Shown here: positions 25,938 through 39,664 of the stretch, piece by piece
How positions within the stretch are numbered: the stretch's first letter is position 1
Layout of the letters: every line of letters begins with the position of its first letter
From: Priapulus caudatus
Taxonomy: Eukaryota
Direction: 5' to 3'
Assembly: GCF_000485595.1 (NCBI RefSeq)
Contig: NW_014577083.1
Span: forward strand, 854,976 to 914,211
DNA length: 59,236 bases
Position numbers and translations under genes: made by a program
Notes under the pieces: generated by a model
What the model was told of the DNA's origin: nothing
The model's input: only the letters and a program-made list of their open reading frames with translations
Databases searched by the model: none

Positions 25938-28710
25938 TACTGTTCGATAGTCGCGGCATCGTGGTAGATGTCATCACGAGTAGAAATTTAAATGCTTGCA
26001 GTGTGTGTTAAGATCTTAGAGGATTTAGAGTGCATGAACCTAGAGGCAGAGATTTCAAGATGTTTGTCGGAAAGATGATCTCATTGTATTGAGCCACCGG
26101 AACAAAATCTTAGCTACATAGAATTGTGCTGATGTGGTCAATTTACAGATATCCCAGCCAAGATATCAAAGAGACAATATAGTAATACCATGAGAAGATT
26201 GATGGCACATCATTATCCGAGTGAAATCGATCGAATATATGTTTTTGGAGCTGGCATGCAGTACCAGATAGCTGATAAGATTTATGCTACATGAAAAAGA
26301 TGAGGTGGAGGGTAATGAGAGAACGAAGAGAGGAACCTGCACGCACACGCCAGCGCACGCGCACGGCCACGCGCCACCACACGCACACGCTACACGCACA
26401 CGCACACACACACACACCACACACACACACACACACATACCGGGAGAGAGGCCGGACGCCCGGAATAAAAGGCAGCCGATTGTAAAAAAAAAAAGAGACA
26501 CGCCAGAGAATGGCCATGGTGGAAGAAGTAAAGAGCGGCACTTAAATGAAGTGGATGGAAAGAGGATACAAGCCGGCACACACATGCGGTGAACTTGTGC
26601 GGAACTAAGTTCACTATAGTGGAAGGTGCGCGACAGCAATTTCTACATGCGTGTGCGGATGCAATAATCCTTCGATCTGGGGGTTGTGATTCACAGTGTT
26701 TGATATTTTCAAGAGTACATAATAGAGATTAATGAGAGATATAATCTCTATTAGTGCATCCAAATTGGCGCACCAAGTTCCCACAGCGTGTGCGGCGGGC
26801 TTAAGAATTTGTAAGAACGTTTACTACGAATTTAAAAGGCTTCCTCTATCGTTCTTCATAATGTCGTGATTGCGCAATTGCTTGGATTAAGGCGTAGCTG
26901 TGTCATGCATGGTTATTGTACCTGGAAGCCCGCGCGCCGCTCGAGATGTCGACGAGCTACGGGCACGGCACCGCTGCAACCATTCGCGTTCTCATAACGC
27001 CTGAAATTTTGTAATAACTTGTTTGATATCGTGAACGCGTAGCACATGATGTCGTGTATTATAGCTTCTAATCTCATAACACGTGGCCATCGATTAAATG
27101 GTATATATTAGGCTTATGTAGTAGTTGCGATTATATTATATTATATATATCAGGAGTAAATAATCACAATATGTGATTATTTACTCCCGATGTGTGTGTG
27201 CGTGTGTGCGTGGTGTTGTGTGCGTGCGTGCGTGGCGTGCGTGCGTGGGCGTGTGTGCGTGTGTGTATGTGTGCGTGTGTTTATGTGTGCCGTGTGCCGA
27301 GCGAGCGGCGTTGCGTGGCGTGCGGTGCGGTGTGTGTTGTATGTGTGTGTGTGTGTGGGGGGGGATAATTATTGTGTGTCCGAGGGTGCGAGTCGGCGTG
27401 CGTGGTGCGTGCGTGTGTGTGCGTCGCGCGTGGTGGTGTGCTGCGTGCGTGTTGCGCGCGCGCGTGCGTCCGGGGCGTGTGTGTGCCACGTGCTGTGCGG
27501 TCCATGCGTCTGTGGTGTGTGGTGTGCCATGTGCGCACGTGGCGCGAACACCACGGAGGGCATGGGACAAAATGCCCCAGTCAAAACCTATTTTCCGCCC
27601 CCCCCAGTTTGCTCGCCCAGTCAGTCTCCTGTAAACAAAGTTTTTCAAGACACGAGGTCTGACAGGAGAAATAACAATATTAAGATTTACTCCAATAGAC
27701 CCAAAATGTTGGCCTTTCATCTCTGGGGTTTAAAATGGACTAAACTCGCACAAGAAAGCTTTATAACCGACTGTGAGCAGACTTGCGGTGCATACCATCA
27801 CGAAATGTTCTTAATTGAGTAGATAGAGCAGAGGAAGTGCTTACAAACATTGAGATTTTCAAATCGCGTCCGCCGACGCGGTTTATTGTCACAGCTAGCT
27901 GTATGCTATATCAATTTGAACTTTTTATTGAGTGGACAGACTCTCCCAACACTTCCGATCTTTGCGAACTATTATCCGCTTCTTATTCCATTTCGCCACT
28001 ACGATTTTCCCCTTTATTTTTACCGCAAACCGCAATTTCCGTGGAAGCCTTGATTTACACGACTAGCGCACTACAGTAAGATATAGAAGGTTTGAATATG
28101 GGTCAGAAATGCTCTACAAGCGTGTTTTTTCATACAGAGTGTATATTCTGCATACAGAGGCTTGGATTTCAACCTCAAAAATTGCTAAAAGTTCAAGGCT
28201 TCCGGGGGGCTTCGCCCCCTGCGACGCCCACACGGACTCATTGTCGCTGGCACCCCCCCATTAGTTTCTCTGCGCCTACGCGATCACACACATTTTGCCC
28301 CCCAACATTTTCCTTGTCTTGACTCTCCACTTTTACAATCGCTGGTGCCCCAACTTGCGTGCGTGTGTGTGTGTGTGCGCGCGAGCGTGTTGGCGTGCGT
28401 GCGTGTGTGTGGTGCTGCGCGCCGCGAGCTGTGTGTGCGTGCGTGCGTGCGTCCGTGCTGTGCGTTGCGTGCTGCGTGCGGTGCGTGGCTGAGCGATGCG
28501 TGCGAGCGTGTGAGCGTGCGTGCGAGCGGGATCCGAGCGTGGCTGCGTGTTGGCGTGTGCTATTGGTGTGTGTGTGCGTGCTGCGTGCGTGCGAGCGTGG
28601 AGCGCGGGGAGCGTGGTGAGCGTTCGTGTGCGTGTGCGCGTGCGTGCGAGCGTGTTGAGCGTGCGTGCGTGTGCGTGTGTATGTGTGTGTGCGTGCGTGC
28701 GTGCGAGCGT

Positions 28711-28745
<35 letters not shown>

Positions 28746-31700
28746 CATACAGCAGATCGCATAGTTTAACATGGGTAGTCGCTCTGAGTCGCTCGTCCTA
28801 GTCACACCAGCGTTGGTCCTGCCTTGTATACATGGCGGACAGTTTAGATGACCTTCGCTATTGTTCGGGGGCTTTCGGGCGTGCTCGTAATGCAATGAAG
28901 GCCACTGTATAACTAGAGCTAATATTATAATACCATCATGACATACAGGCCGAATTCTGTGTTTAAGGTTTTAGAAATTACCATTTGTGCAATTTTCTGC
29001 TCAATGTATATAACATTTAGCGACGCGCCTTGATGTATGGACGCGGTCATGTCACCCATACCTAAATAATAAACAGGTATGGCCAACCTTGAAGCTATGT
29101 GATTGGTTCTTCTCACCTGAGGTAGTATACGATATAAACAGGTGGATCAATGTGAATATTTGCTGTAAACGCCATAGCAGTGTACATTTATATATTAAAG
29201 GTGTTGTAATTTTTAATGCGAGTGTTTCTATCTGTGTGTGCATGCGCGCGGGTGTGTGCATGCGTACGGGTGTGTGTATGTAGTGATAAAGAAGACGTGG
29301 TCCTTAAGCTGCTAGAAGCTAGCATCGTTTTTTTAAATTTAGCGATCTATATAACGAGACATTCTTAATTTGGGTGCTATATCGTTATCATACGCGATTT
29401 ATACGCATATTATACAGAGTATTACGACCTATTCCGTGACTCAGCAGAAAAAAACATTTCGTCCGTTTCGACATTCTCAACCAGCAAGACAAAAAACAAG
29501 TGGTTATATATATATATATATACATTATCCCTTTAGCATAACCTATCCTCCAACGGTTTATATTTTGAAACTTTGAAATTACTTAATTGGGTGTCCAAAT
29601 TTAAACGTAAGAATCAACTAGGTGTCATCCTACTCTCTCACGCGAGGGAGAAAAGCATGGAATTCCCACACATTTATGAATGAAAACAGGAATACAAATT
29701 ATCGCCTAAAACGTATTCTGATGATTGCGATTTCACCGGCATAACGTCCTCTGCATTGCATGTCTCACAAACCGATTCATAATGGTTTAAAATAATCAAG
29801 AATGAACATGATTGCGGGTTTTACATTTAAAATTTCAAAACATTTCTGGGGTGCGCGGTCCCCGAACCTAATAGCCCACGTCGAGCATTGCTAGGCAACA
29901 AAGCTTGCCCACTTGAACAACTGACACTTGATAAACATAATACAGATATGAAATTAATGGATTGTCTTTTATTTTAATGAATATACATGTGATAGTACTG
30001 ACATTACATAAGTGACACAAACTTGGCACAAAAATCATACAAAACATATCAAGAGTACACAATAAACAGAGTCTGTTCATCATTTAATGCCAAATAAATA
30101 ATGAACACGAAATTCTGTACTGATTATGACTTTTCCATGTTATATTATAAACTACAAATATTGGTGCAAACGCACGCACGCGCGCGCACACACACACACA
30201 CGCACGCACGCACGCACGCACACACACACGCACGCACAAACAACTCCTTGGCAAGTAACAATACAATTATTAAATGAAACTAAAAGGACATGGCAGCAGC
30301 TAACATGCGTAGCTAACAATCCAGCACAACTGCTCACAAACGTATCGTTTCGTAAAGAACTATTTACGATAAATAACTGTACAGTTATGATATTTAGTTA
30401 TATTAACGGAGAGAAAGAACTCTGACAGTTATCGTTATACTGTATTGACATTAGTTCCCTTTCATTTGTTTCAGCGTGTCGCTTACATTTTCTAGTGAAA
30501 TAAAACTTCATTAAGGAAACGAGTTCTTCTTTAATAACTATACCAATATATTAAACATATAATATAATAATAATCATACATAGAGCCCAACCAATAGTTC
30601 ACACTCATTGCTGCTATGACCTCTGAGATTGCCTCTGGTCGACCAACGACCATTGTTTTCCACTTTTAGAACGAGGCTATTTTAATCAAATAGATCCTAT
30701 ACACTGAATATAAATACGATCAGCATAATATTTAGATTTGAGTCATTATTACACAGCCATAGGACATCAGTGTCAACTAGCCGACTTCACACTATGGACA
30801 CGGATTATGCACTTCAATCACCGCACTCACCAAAGTGTGCTAATACTCTGCAGCAACACACGCTCCTGCATTTCGTCGGCTACTTCTCCCGACGAATAAG
30901 AAAATAGATGCCGTTTTTGTCAGAGGATTTTGGGTGTCCGATTCACTGACCTGAACTTTGAATACCCTCGAAAAACCGAGGATGCATTCTTTCACTAAGA
31001 TCGTTAGAATCTAAATGTAAACAATGTAGCTGAAGCCATTTTGATGCGGTGTTGTCATTACTGACAGCCACGAACATGCAGTGGAACAGAAGCTGGACAT
31101 AGGTTGCATTAATAAATAAGTTTTTGACTACAATAAATAAGTTACCTATAGTACGAGAAGCTATGCCACTATTATCGCTGAATTAATATTTAATTATTAA
31201 TTAGTAATAAGAATAGTAGAATACAGTCTAATTTTTAGACTCACCTATGAGTGAAATGCACAAGTAAAACAATTCAAAGGAACTATTAAGGATTCAAGTA
31301 CGGACGTTGTTGGCCACTTATTTAGCAATTTCAGACATCGAAAGATAATTTCTAACTTATTCTAATTAAGTATCACATGTTAAAAAATCATTTTAACACT
31401 GAATATCAATGAGATATAAATGTTTCATGCTTGAAGCTATTGTTATCTTCTTATGAACTGTTGGTGTGAGTACCAGAGTTTTAAAAAGACGCATGAAACT
31501 GTTATGATATTAGTTGCTATTTTTTGCTAACACTGTCATTTGCAACTACTACATGAGTGTGAAAAACACAGCTGTATATATAAAGCTTTGACAAGCCGTA
31601 GTACATATAGTAGGTACGTTAGCAACACGACACAATTAACCGGTACTGTACATTTATATAGTTTTCATGCAAAATCTCTTGGTATATGACTGAGTGAGAG

Positions 31701-31868
31701 TCTCAACCACATTCTCAGCATGTATTGGTTAACAAAACCGTCTACCCTATGCATGCTAATAACACAACTCACAAGTAATAACAATTTGAGAATTCAATGG
31801 AGATGAGTTTACAAAATACTTCACCTTCATGGCAGTAGTATACATGATCAACATCTAAGTCAACGAAT

Positions 31869-31908
<40 letters not shown>

Positions 31909-32217
31909 AGCGTCAAAATTACCGACGGCGCGGACGTTCATTGTTCACGGCGCGTCATGTGCAATATCACAACTATTCGAACGATGCGTCCTCACGTGAC
32001 AGTTAGCGTCACGTCAACGTGGCGTCACGTGGCAGTTAGCGTCAACATTAACGACGGCGCTGAGGTTCCTTGCGTCGTATGCAATATCACGAATTAATAT
32101 CACGACGGTTTAATTCCCCGTTTTAATTTTTAGTTTTTATAATTTTAATTCCCCTCACGTGTTAATATCACGACTATTCGAACGATGCCTTCTCACGTGA
32201 ATCATGTCTGTTGTTAG

Positions 32218-32487
32218 GTGGAAGATGGCTACCCGAGATCCACTGGTAAGTGGTGGTTCGGTTGCTCCTCCGAGGACCTGCAGGACACGTCGCCATCAGC
32301 GGACACTAATCACAACACATGGGAGAATGTCACCGTGCCCCTGAACGGACACGCCCGCTCGGACAGTCCCGGAAAAAGAGACGGCGCCGACACGGATGCG
32401 AATCGCAACGCTGCGACGTCGCTTACTTGCCCAGGAGTGATATCACTCGCTGCTCTAGCTGCATATCAGCTGTTGGCGATGCTATGA
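32218..32487 (+). CDS. MMP terminal exon (hemopexin end, stalk, GPI-like signal); cleanest of three copies
   Basis: ttag|GTG; VEDGYPRSTGKWWFGC...NRNAATSLTCPGVISLAALAAYQLLAML* includes the closing hemopexin Cys and a terminal hydrophobic stretch. Confidence 0.88.
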   Translation: MEDGYPRSTGKWWFGCSSEDLQDTSPSADTNHNTWENVTVPLNGHARSDSPGKRDGADTDANRNAATSLTCPGVISLAALAAYQLLAML

Positions 32488-34107
32488 TACTGTTCGATAT
32501 CGCGAGCATCGGTGTAGATGTCATCACGGAGAAATTAAAGGTGCGTGCGTGTGGGTAAATCTAGAGGATTTAGAGTGCAGGAACCTAGAGGCAGAGATCT
32601 CAAGACGTTGTCTGGAAGATGATCTATTGTATTGAGCACCGGATAGAATCTTTAAGCTACAAAATTGTGCTGATGTGCCAATTTACAGATATGGCAGCAG
32701 ATATCAAGAGAAATATAGATATACATGAGAAGATGATGGCACATCATTTCGAGGTGAAGATCGGTCGAATAATGTTTTTGAGGCTGGATGATTACCAGAA
32801 TAGCTGGATAAGTTTATGGTACATGAAAAAGATGAGGTGGAGGGTAATGAAGAGAAGAAGAGAGAACCTGCACGCACGCGCACGCGCACGCGCACGCACA
32901 CGCACACGCACACGCCACACCGCACACGCGCAAACACACACAGCACGACACACACAGCAGAGCGCGGGAGAGCACCAGGACACACCACACACACACACAC
33001 AAATACAGAGGAAAGAAGAATGCAAGGGAGCGGAGTAAAAAAAAAAGACACCAGATNNNNNNNNNNNNNNNNNNNNNNNNNGTATTGACATTCGTTCCCC
33101 TTTCATTGTTCAAGCGTGTCGCTTCATTTTTCATGGTGCGCTTACTAGTGGAATAAAACTGTCATTAAGGAAACGAGTTCTTCTTTAATAACTATATCCA
33201 CATATATTAAAACATGATACTATAATAATAATATACATATCGCTAGCCCAACCCATAGTTCACTCACATTGCTAGCTATATTTTTCGAGATTGCCGCTGT
33301 CAGACCAATCGACGCATTGTTTGTTTCAACTTTTAGAACGAGGCTATTTTTGAATCAAATAGACCCTATACACTGAATATAAATACGAATCAGCATATTT
33401 AGCATTTGAAGTCTTATACAACAGCATAGACATCAGTGTCAACTAGCCACTTCACACTATGGACCGGATTATGCACTTCAATCACCGCAACTCACCAAGA
33501 GTGCGCTATACTCTGGCAGGCAACACAAGCTCCTGCATTTCGTCGCTACTTCTCACCGAGCGAATAAAGAAAATACGATGGCCGTTTGTCGAGAGATTTT
33601 TGGGTGCCGATTCACTGACCTGAACTTTGAAATACCACTCGAAAAACCGAGGATGGATTCTTTCACTTAAGATCGTTAGAATCTAAAATGTAAACATGTA
33701 GCTGAGCCTTTTGATGCCGGTGTTGTCATTACTGACAGCCACGAACATGCATGGACAGAAGCTGGACATAGGTTTGCATTAATAAATAATTCTGACTACA
33801 ATAAATAAGTTACCTATAGTATACGAGAAGCTATGCCACTATTATCGCTGAATTAATATTTAATTATTAATTAGTAATAAGATTGTAGAATACAGTCTAA
33901 GTTTTTTAGACTCACCCATGAGTGAAATGCACAAGTAAAACCAATTCAAAGGAACTATTAGGATTCAAGTACGGACGTTTTGGCCACTTATTTAGCAATT
34001 TCAGACATCGAAAGATAATTTCTAACTTATTCTAATTAAGTATCACATGTTAAAAAATCATTTTAACACTTGAATTAATGAGATATAAATTGTTCATTAG
34101 AAATTCA

Positions 34108-34238
34108 TAGACAATAATACACCACAGTGTAACTCTCTGTCCATTGTTTCAAGATTTGAGTCCCATCATTTGTAATCTGTATCAAGTACCATCATTGAAA
34201 TAAAGACTGATTCACAAAATGGATGCGTTGCCTATCTA
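34108..34238 (+). repeat. 5' LTR
   Basis: tagacaat...cctatcta; direct repeat of 39537-39664. Confidence 0.9.
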
Positions 34239-37200
34239 TGATGGGACTCATTGACTGGTGAAGCCGCTCTATCGCTTGACAACTTCCCTGCACTCACAAC
34301 ACGACTGCCGGTTAATTGCCTGCCCATCGACGAGTGCGATTACGCCACGCCCGGACGTCGACGCGATCGTGGCGGCAGCTCTCATAACGACCCACGCCAC
34401 CGTCCATAACGCGACCACCCCACAGTGTCCCCACTGCGAAGGTGGAAAGGGTGATAACGACCAACTATATCTCTGCCCGGCACCGAGCGAAGACTGGTCC
34501 TACTTCATATCGCGATGGAATGACTACGCCCGAAGCGCACTAAAGTGTCTGCAAGGACAAGGTGATCCAATTACTGGAGTGTTGTGATGAACACTTAAGA
34601 GAAAGACCTCACACGCAATGCCGGTGCACGTTGGCAAACAAATCTGAAAGCGACGTATTGAAAGACATTAAACACTTGCTGTAAGGGAAGAAAAACACCA
34701 TGGTTGCACGGTGTACCCTGCATAACATGCGCCAGACCGCGACAAACCAAATCCGTTCATTCGCGCTCGCCTCCGTGGTCAAGCTGGGGTATGCAAGTTC
34801 ATCATGACGTGTCCTGGTTGTTCAGACGACGTGAAACTACACAGAGGCTGTACTCCGTGATGTGTTGACACGAGCCTGGAGGACACCGAAATACAACTTG
34901 ACCTACTACGGGACAAGAAGCCAGGAAAATGACCCTTGAAGAGGTGTTTTCAATTCGTTGAGGCGAAAGAATCGGGCAAACGCTCCGCCTCGCGTCTAAT
35001 CGACCACACACTAAATGGTGCCGAAGCAGTCAGCAGCTCTACAAACGTGGCATAAACGATTCTCTAAAAATGCTCGCAGTAGGTATGACGAATACGAATA
35101 TTGACAAGTCAGAATTGTGCTCATTACTGCGGTAAGAAAGGCCACGGAGTCCGTAACCTCGCCAAGGTTAGAACAGAAGGAATGCCCTGCGTATGCCACA
35201 CATGCCAACGCTGTGACAAAAACCACCACTTTGACAGATATGTGCAGAGGCGGGAACAAGGCTAAGTACAAGACGATGGCAAAGTCATTTGATGAACACG
35301 AAGAGCGGTGTTCGACCACTTGTGCTCAATCACTACTCCTGCTCGACGCAACGGTGGAAATATAACTCTCGACCACCACCTTTACAACCAACTATCAGAC
35401 GCTTGGATAAAGCGCAAGTCCAAACCTCAGCCGTTTGTTAACCTCACAGTGGGTGCACACCCTGAAGACTACAAACGTCTTGGTCTTACGCTCACATCCA
35501 CACCCAGGTCAGTCGTCATCCCTTCAATGGCTGACACTGGTTGCCAAAGTTGCCTGGCGAGTCTCAAGTCGTCATGCGCTCGGTCTAGGTAAGGCCGACC
35601 TCATCCCAGTGACATTTGCGGATGAATGCAGCCAACGACAAAGGCATCAACATCTGGGTGCAGCAATCCTACGTTTTTTCTGGCAAGGACAACATCTGGC
35701 AATACGCTTGAGAGCACTGCCATAGTTACGTACATCATCACTGATAACTCAGACAAACTCTTTATCAGCAGAGAAGCTTGCATTCGCCTAGGCATGATCA
35801 GAGACACATTCCCAACCGTAGGTGAAACCGCAATGATCAGGCGGCACATTCTGGTAGTCGATGACCACCTAACTCGTAGAACGAAATGACAGGCGGGCCT
35901 CCGCGACCGAGTGTGAATGTCCTCGACGCCAGCTGCCGCCCCACCACCGTCGAGTCTACCATTTCCACGACCTGAAGACAATCGAGAGGAGCTGAGACAA
36001 TACCTCCTTGATCGCTTACAAATCGAGCACATTCAACACGTGCGAACCAACCACTGCCTGATGATGGAAGGGCCCCCCCGCTTACATCTAATGGTGGACC
36101 AGATGCCGAACCCGTAGCAGTACATTCTCCTCCGGCTGTACCCATCCATTGGCGAGACGATGTTAAAGCTGGATTAGACAGAGACGTACGGCTTGGCGTA
36201 CTGGAACCAGTACCAGTAGTGAACCGGGTGACATGTGTGCCAACCGCATGGTCGTTTGTGGCGAAGAAAAACGGCAAGCCGAGACGGACAGTTGACATGC
36301 AACCACTTAACACGCATGCAACACGTGAACCAACCACACCCAGTCTCCATTCCACGCAAGCGCGCCGTCCACTCTGGGACGGTAAAAACTGTTTTCGACC
36401 GCGTGGAACGGCTACGCACAGTGTACCACTCCGGGAAGAAGATAAGCACCCTTACCACTTCATCACACCTTGGGAAAGATACCGTTACCCACAGCCCCAC
36501 AGGGCTACATTGCATGCAGGCGACGCTACTCCGCGAAGATTTGACGAGATTGTCTCGGATGTCCCAACAAAACCAAAATGTATCGACGACACCACTACTC
36601 TGGGCCGACAACTGGAGGAAAGTTTCTTGCTACAGGCATGTAAACTGGTTAGATATCTGCGGCCCGGAACGGGATAACCCTCACCCTGAGAAATTTGTAT
36701 TCGGGCCAGGCCACCGTTACATTTGCCGGGTTCCGAGATTACACCAGACAGCGTGAGGCCTTGCAAGCAATTCCTGCAAGCGATCATGGACTTTCCAAAC
36801 CAAGGAACATCACCGACATCCGCTCTTGGTTCGGACTCGTCAACCACGAGTGTCATACGCCTTCAGCATGACAGAACGATGCTTCCATTCCGCGAGTTCC
36901 TCAAGCCTGGAAAAAGCTTTCCACTGGGCATCTCCACCTGACAGAATTACTTGAAGAATCCAAGCTGGCAATAGTGAGGCGAGATAGAAGAGGGCGTACG
37001 AATCTTCGACAAATCAAGCCAACCTGCCTTGCCACAGACTGGTCTAAAGTCGGAATCGGATCTGGTTTTTTTTCCAGAAGCACTGCCATCCTGCGTAAGA
37101 CAGAATTGTTTTGTTGTCCTACTGCATGGAGAATACACCTGTAGGCAGTCGCTTCACCCACCCCGCCTGAATCACGCTATGCTCCAGTAGAAGGCGAAGC

Positions 37201-39536
37201 CCTTGCCCTTGCCGACGCATCTGGACAAGGCTCGGTACTTCGTGCTTGGATGGCAAGGATCTCATAATTGGCGGTGGACCACAAGGCCACTTCTCAGTTG
37301 ATTTGGCGACAGATCAACTCGATGACATATCAACCGCACGCGTCTCAGAACCTGAAGAAAAGACGCTCAGATATAGATTTTCGATGACCCTGTACCTGGC
37401 GGTGAAGCAATCGAGCCGCAGACACTGTCTCCGCCCACCCGACTGGTGACCCGCCAAAATGCAACTCGAAGATACATCGCCGCCATCAGGCACGTTCCAC
37501 AGAGCAGCACCACCCCAACAGATCTGTACACACAGCGGGATGTATACACAACTTCATCTCGGTATTCGCTGCAGAGACGACCCCAGGACAAGATGGAAGA
37601 CATCGTCCACCTTGCCGCGACTTCATCACTGATCTCGCCTACAAACTATCACGTGGGACAAGGTCCGCAGCAGCCACATGTAGTGACAGTTAATACGCAA
37701 CAAGCTGGTCGACTTGATCGAAACAGCATTGCAAGAGCTTCGCGCCATGCAGTTGCCTCACGCACTGCAGGAATATATCGAGTTCCGGGATCATCGTTTA
37801 CACAGTAGATGGCGTCATAAATCTACAAGGACAGAGTCGTGATCCGCACCGTCACTCAGACATGACCTGTTTTGACGGCCCTTCATGCCGCACACGCAGA
37901 GCACGTCATCGATGATTGCAAGAGCAGAAATATCCGTGTTCTGGCCTGGAATTACTCCGCCATCGCTGCCGTCAGAAGTAGCTGCCCCATTGCAACGCGA
38001 ATGGCACCTTCACACCCCCTAGCGCACCGCCGACACCCACAACACCGCCGGTATACCCATTCAATGTGTATGTGCGTGATTATTTCCACTACAAAGGCAC
38101 CAACTACCTGGCAATCGTGGCAGATACTCCAACTGGCCTATTCGTTGAAAGGCCTCAATGTGGTTCCACTGGGCTAGTTGACAGCCTCCGCAGAGCATTC
38201 GTCACCTATGGCATACGCGACGAACTCGCATCTGACGGTGCCCTGAATTTACTGCTGCGCCACCCGCGTTCATGAGAACTGGGGTGTTCATCACCGCTTA
38301 TCGTCTGTTGCCTTCCCCCACAGCGCAACTGTCGTGGCAGGAAGTCGGAGTGAAAACTGTCAAACCGACTTCTATAACTGACAACACAGCACATACGGTG
38401 AACTTGACACAGACAACTTCCACGTGCAATGCTGCAGTACCGAAATTGCCCTGAAAAGACGACCAAACCTCCCTGCGATGTGCGTTTTTGGCGAGCTATC
38501 AAGGACTTCATCCTGTCCTCCCGGGTCGTTACCTGCCCACATAGCCAATGGAAAGAGACATTGGCGGGCAAGGGAGGAAGCATTGAGAACCGACATATGA
38601 GGGCTGCTGAACGTTGGATGGACACACCAAAGCGACTCCCACCCTTGTAGTTGCAACCACGTCCAGAGCCAGAACCAAACTGGCCCTAGCCCACTGAGAT
38701 GGGATAAAACTGCCAGGTGATAGAGGTCCGCCAACATGCCACAGTACGTGGTCCGTGTCGACGGGTCAAGGACGAGTTACAGTCGCAATAGGAAGTTCCT
38801 GCGGATGTATACACCGGTACACCCGCACCTGCCACGTACCAGTATCATTGATGACATCAGCAAGTATGCATCTAGATGGCCAGGTCAAAGCCATGGGAAC
38901 CTCCATGAGCCAGTGAACATGGAGCAGGTGGCAGCCTCAGAGTCATCACCACCACCATCGGTACCCCCCCGGAACCCGCTAGCTACGTCGGCGACACCAC
39001 GTCCGGCAGGCGTCACGTCATGCGTCACCCATCCAAATGACCAGGCACGGTCCCGATGCCCATCAGCAAGCTTCGACCGATTTCCGATGAGACAATCATT
39101 ACACCCGCTAGACCTCGACAATCGCCTGGGGGTCCACATCGCAACCAGCAACTGTCTCCTCGGCATCTACCCACGGAAGCCCAGTCCACAGCCGGACACA
39201 GTGACGCTGCGGACGATCCGTCAGCGCGACCAGAACCGCGACACGCGTCAGGCAACAACCTGCCTGGCAGAACATCGGGCGATTATGAATGTACAAAATT
39301 AGTGTTGTATTTGTGACATCATTAACTTATTATAACTTGTGCATCATAAACTTTACTTGTTAATTCTTAACGTTAATTTCGTAGGACAAGTCGTCCTAAT
39401 CCAATCATTGAGTTATTCACATAAGTATGTAAAGACATCACTCTGAAGATTTATGCTTCGTTTCATGTGTTACTTTTAATCAGTCAGTCATTGCAGCCAA
39501 TTCTCTCTAAATACGAACATCCAAAGACTTGGGGAA

Positions 39537-39664
39537 TAGACAATATATACACGCACAGTGTACTCTCTTGTCCATTGTTTCAGATTGAGTCCCATCATTT
39601 GTAATCTGTATCAAGTACCTCATTGAATAAAGACTGATTCACAAAATGGATGCTGTCCTATCTA
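39537..39664 (+). repeat. 3' LTR
   Basis: Preceded by a short purine-rich tract (aaagacttggggaa). Contains tatata (39544) and aataaa (~39626). Confidence 0.9.

Larger units (their letters stand above)
34108..39664 (+). mobile_element. Full-length Ty3/Gypsy LTR retrotransposon (gag-PR-RT-RNaseH-IN), frameshifted in this assembly
   Basis: Two ~130-bp direct LTRs. Internal motifs in order: gag (EDWSYFISRW, Cys/His knuckle-like region ~35115-35230), protease ADTGCQS (~35530), RT KKNGKPRRTVDMQPLN and CIDDT (36579), RNase H LATDWSKVGIG (~37028), integrase LHAAH...WPG, DYFHYKGTNYLAIV, ELASDG. Integrase after RT is the Gypsy order. Confidence 0.93.
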
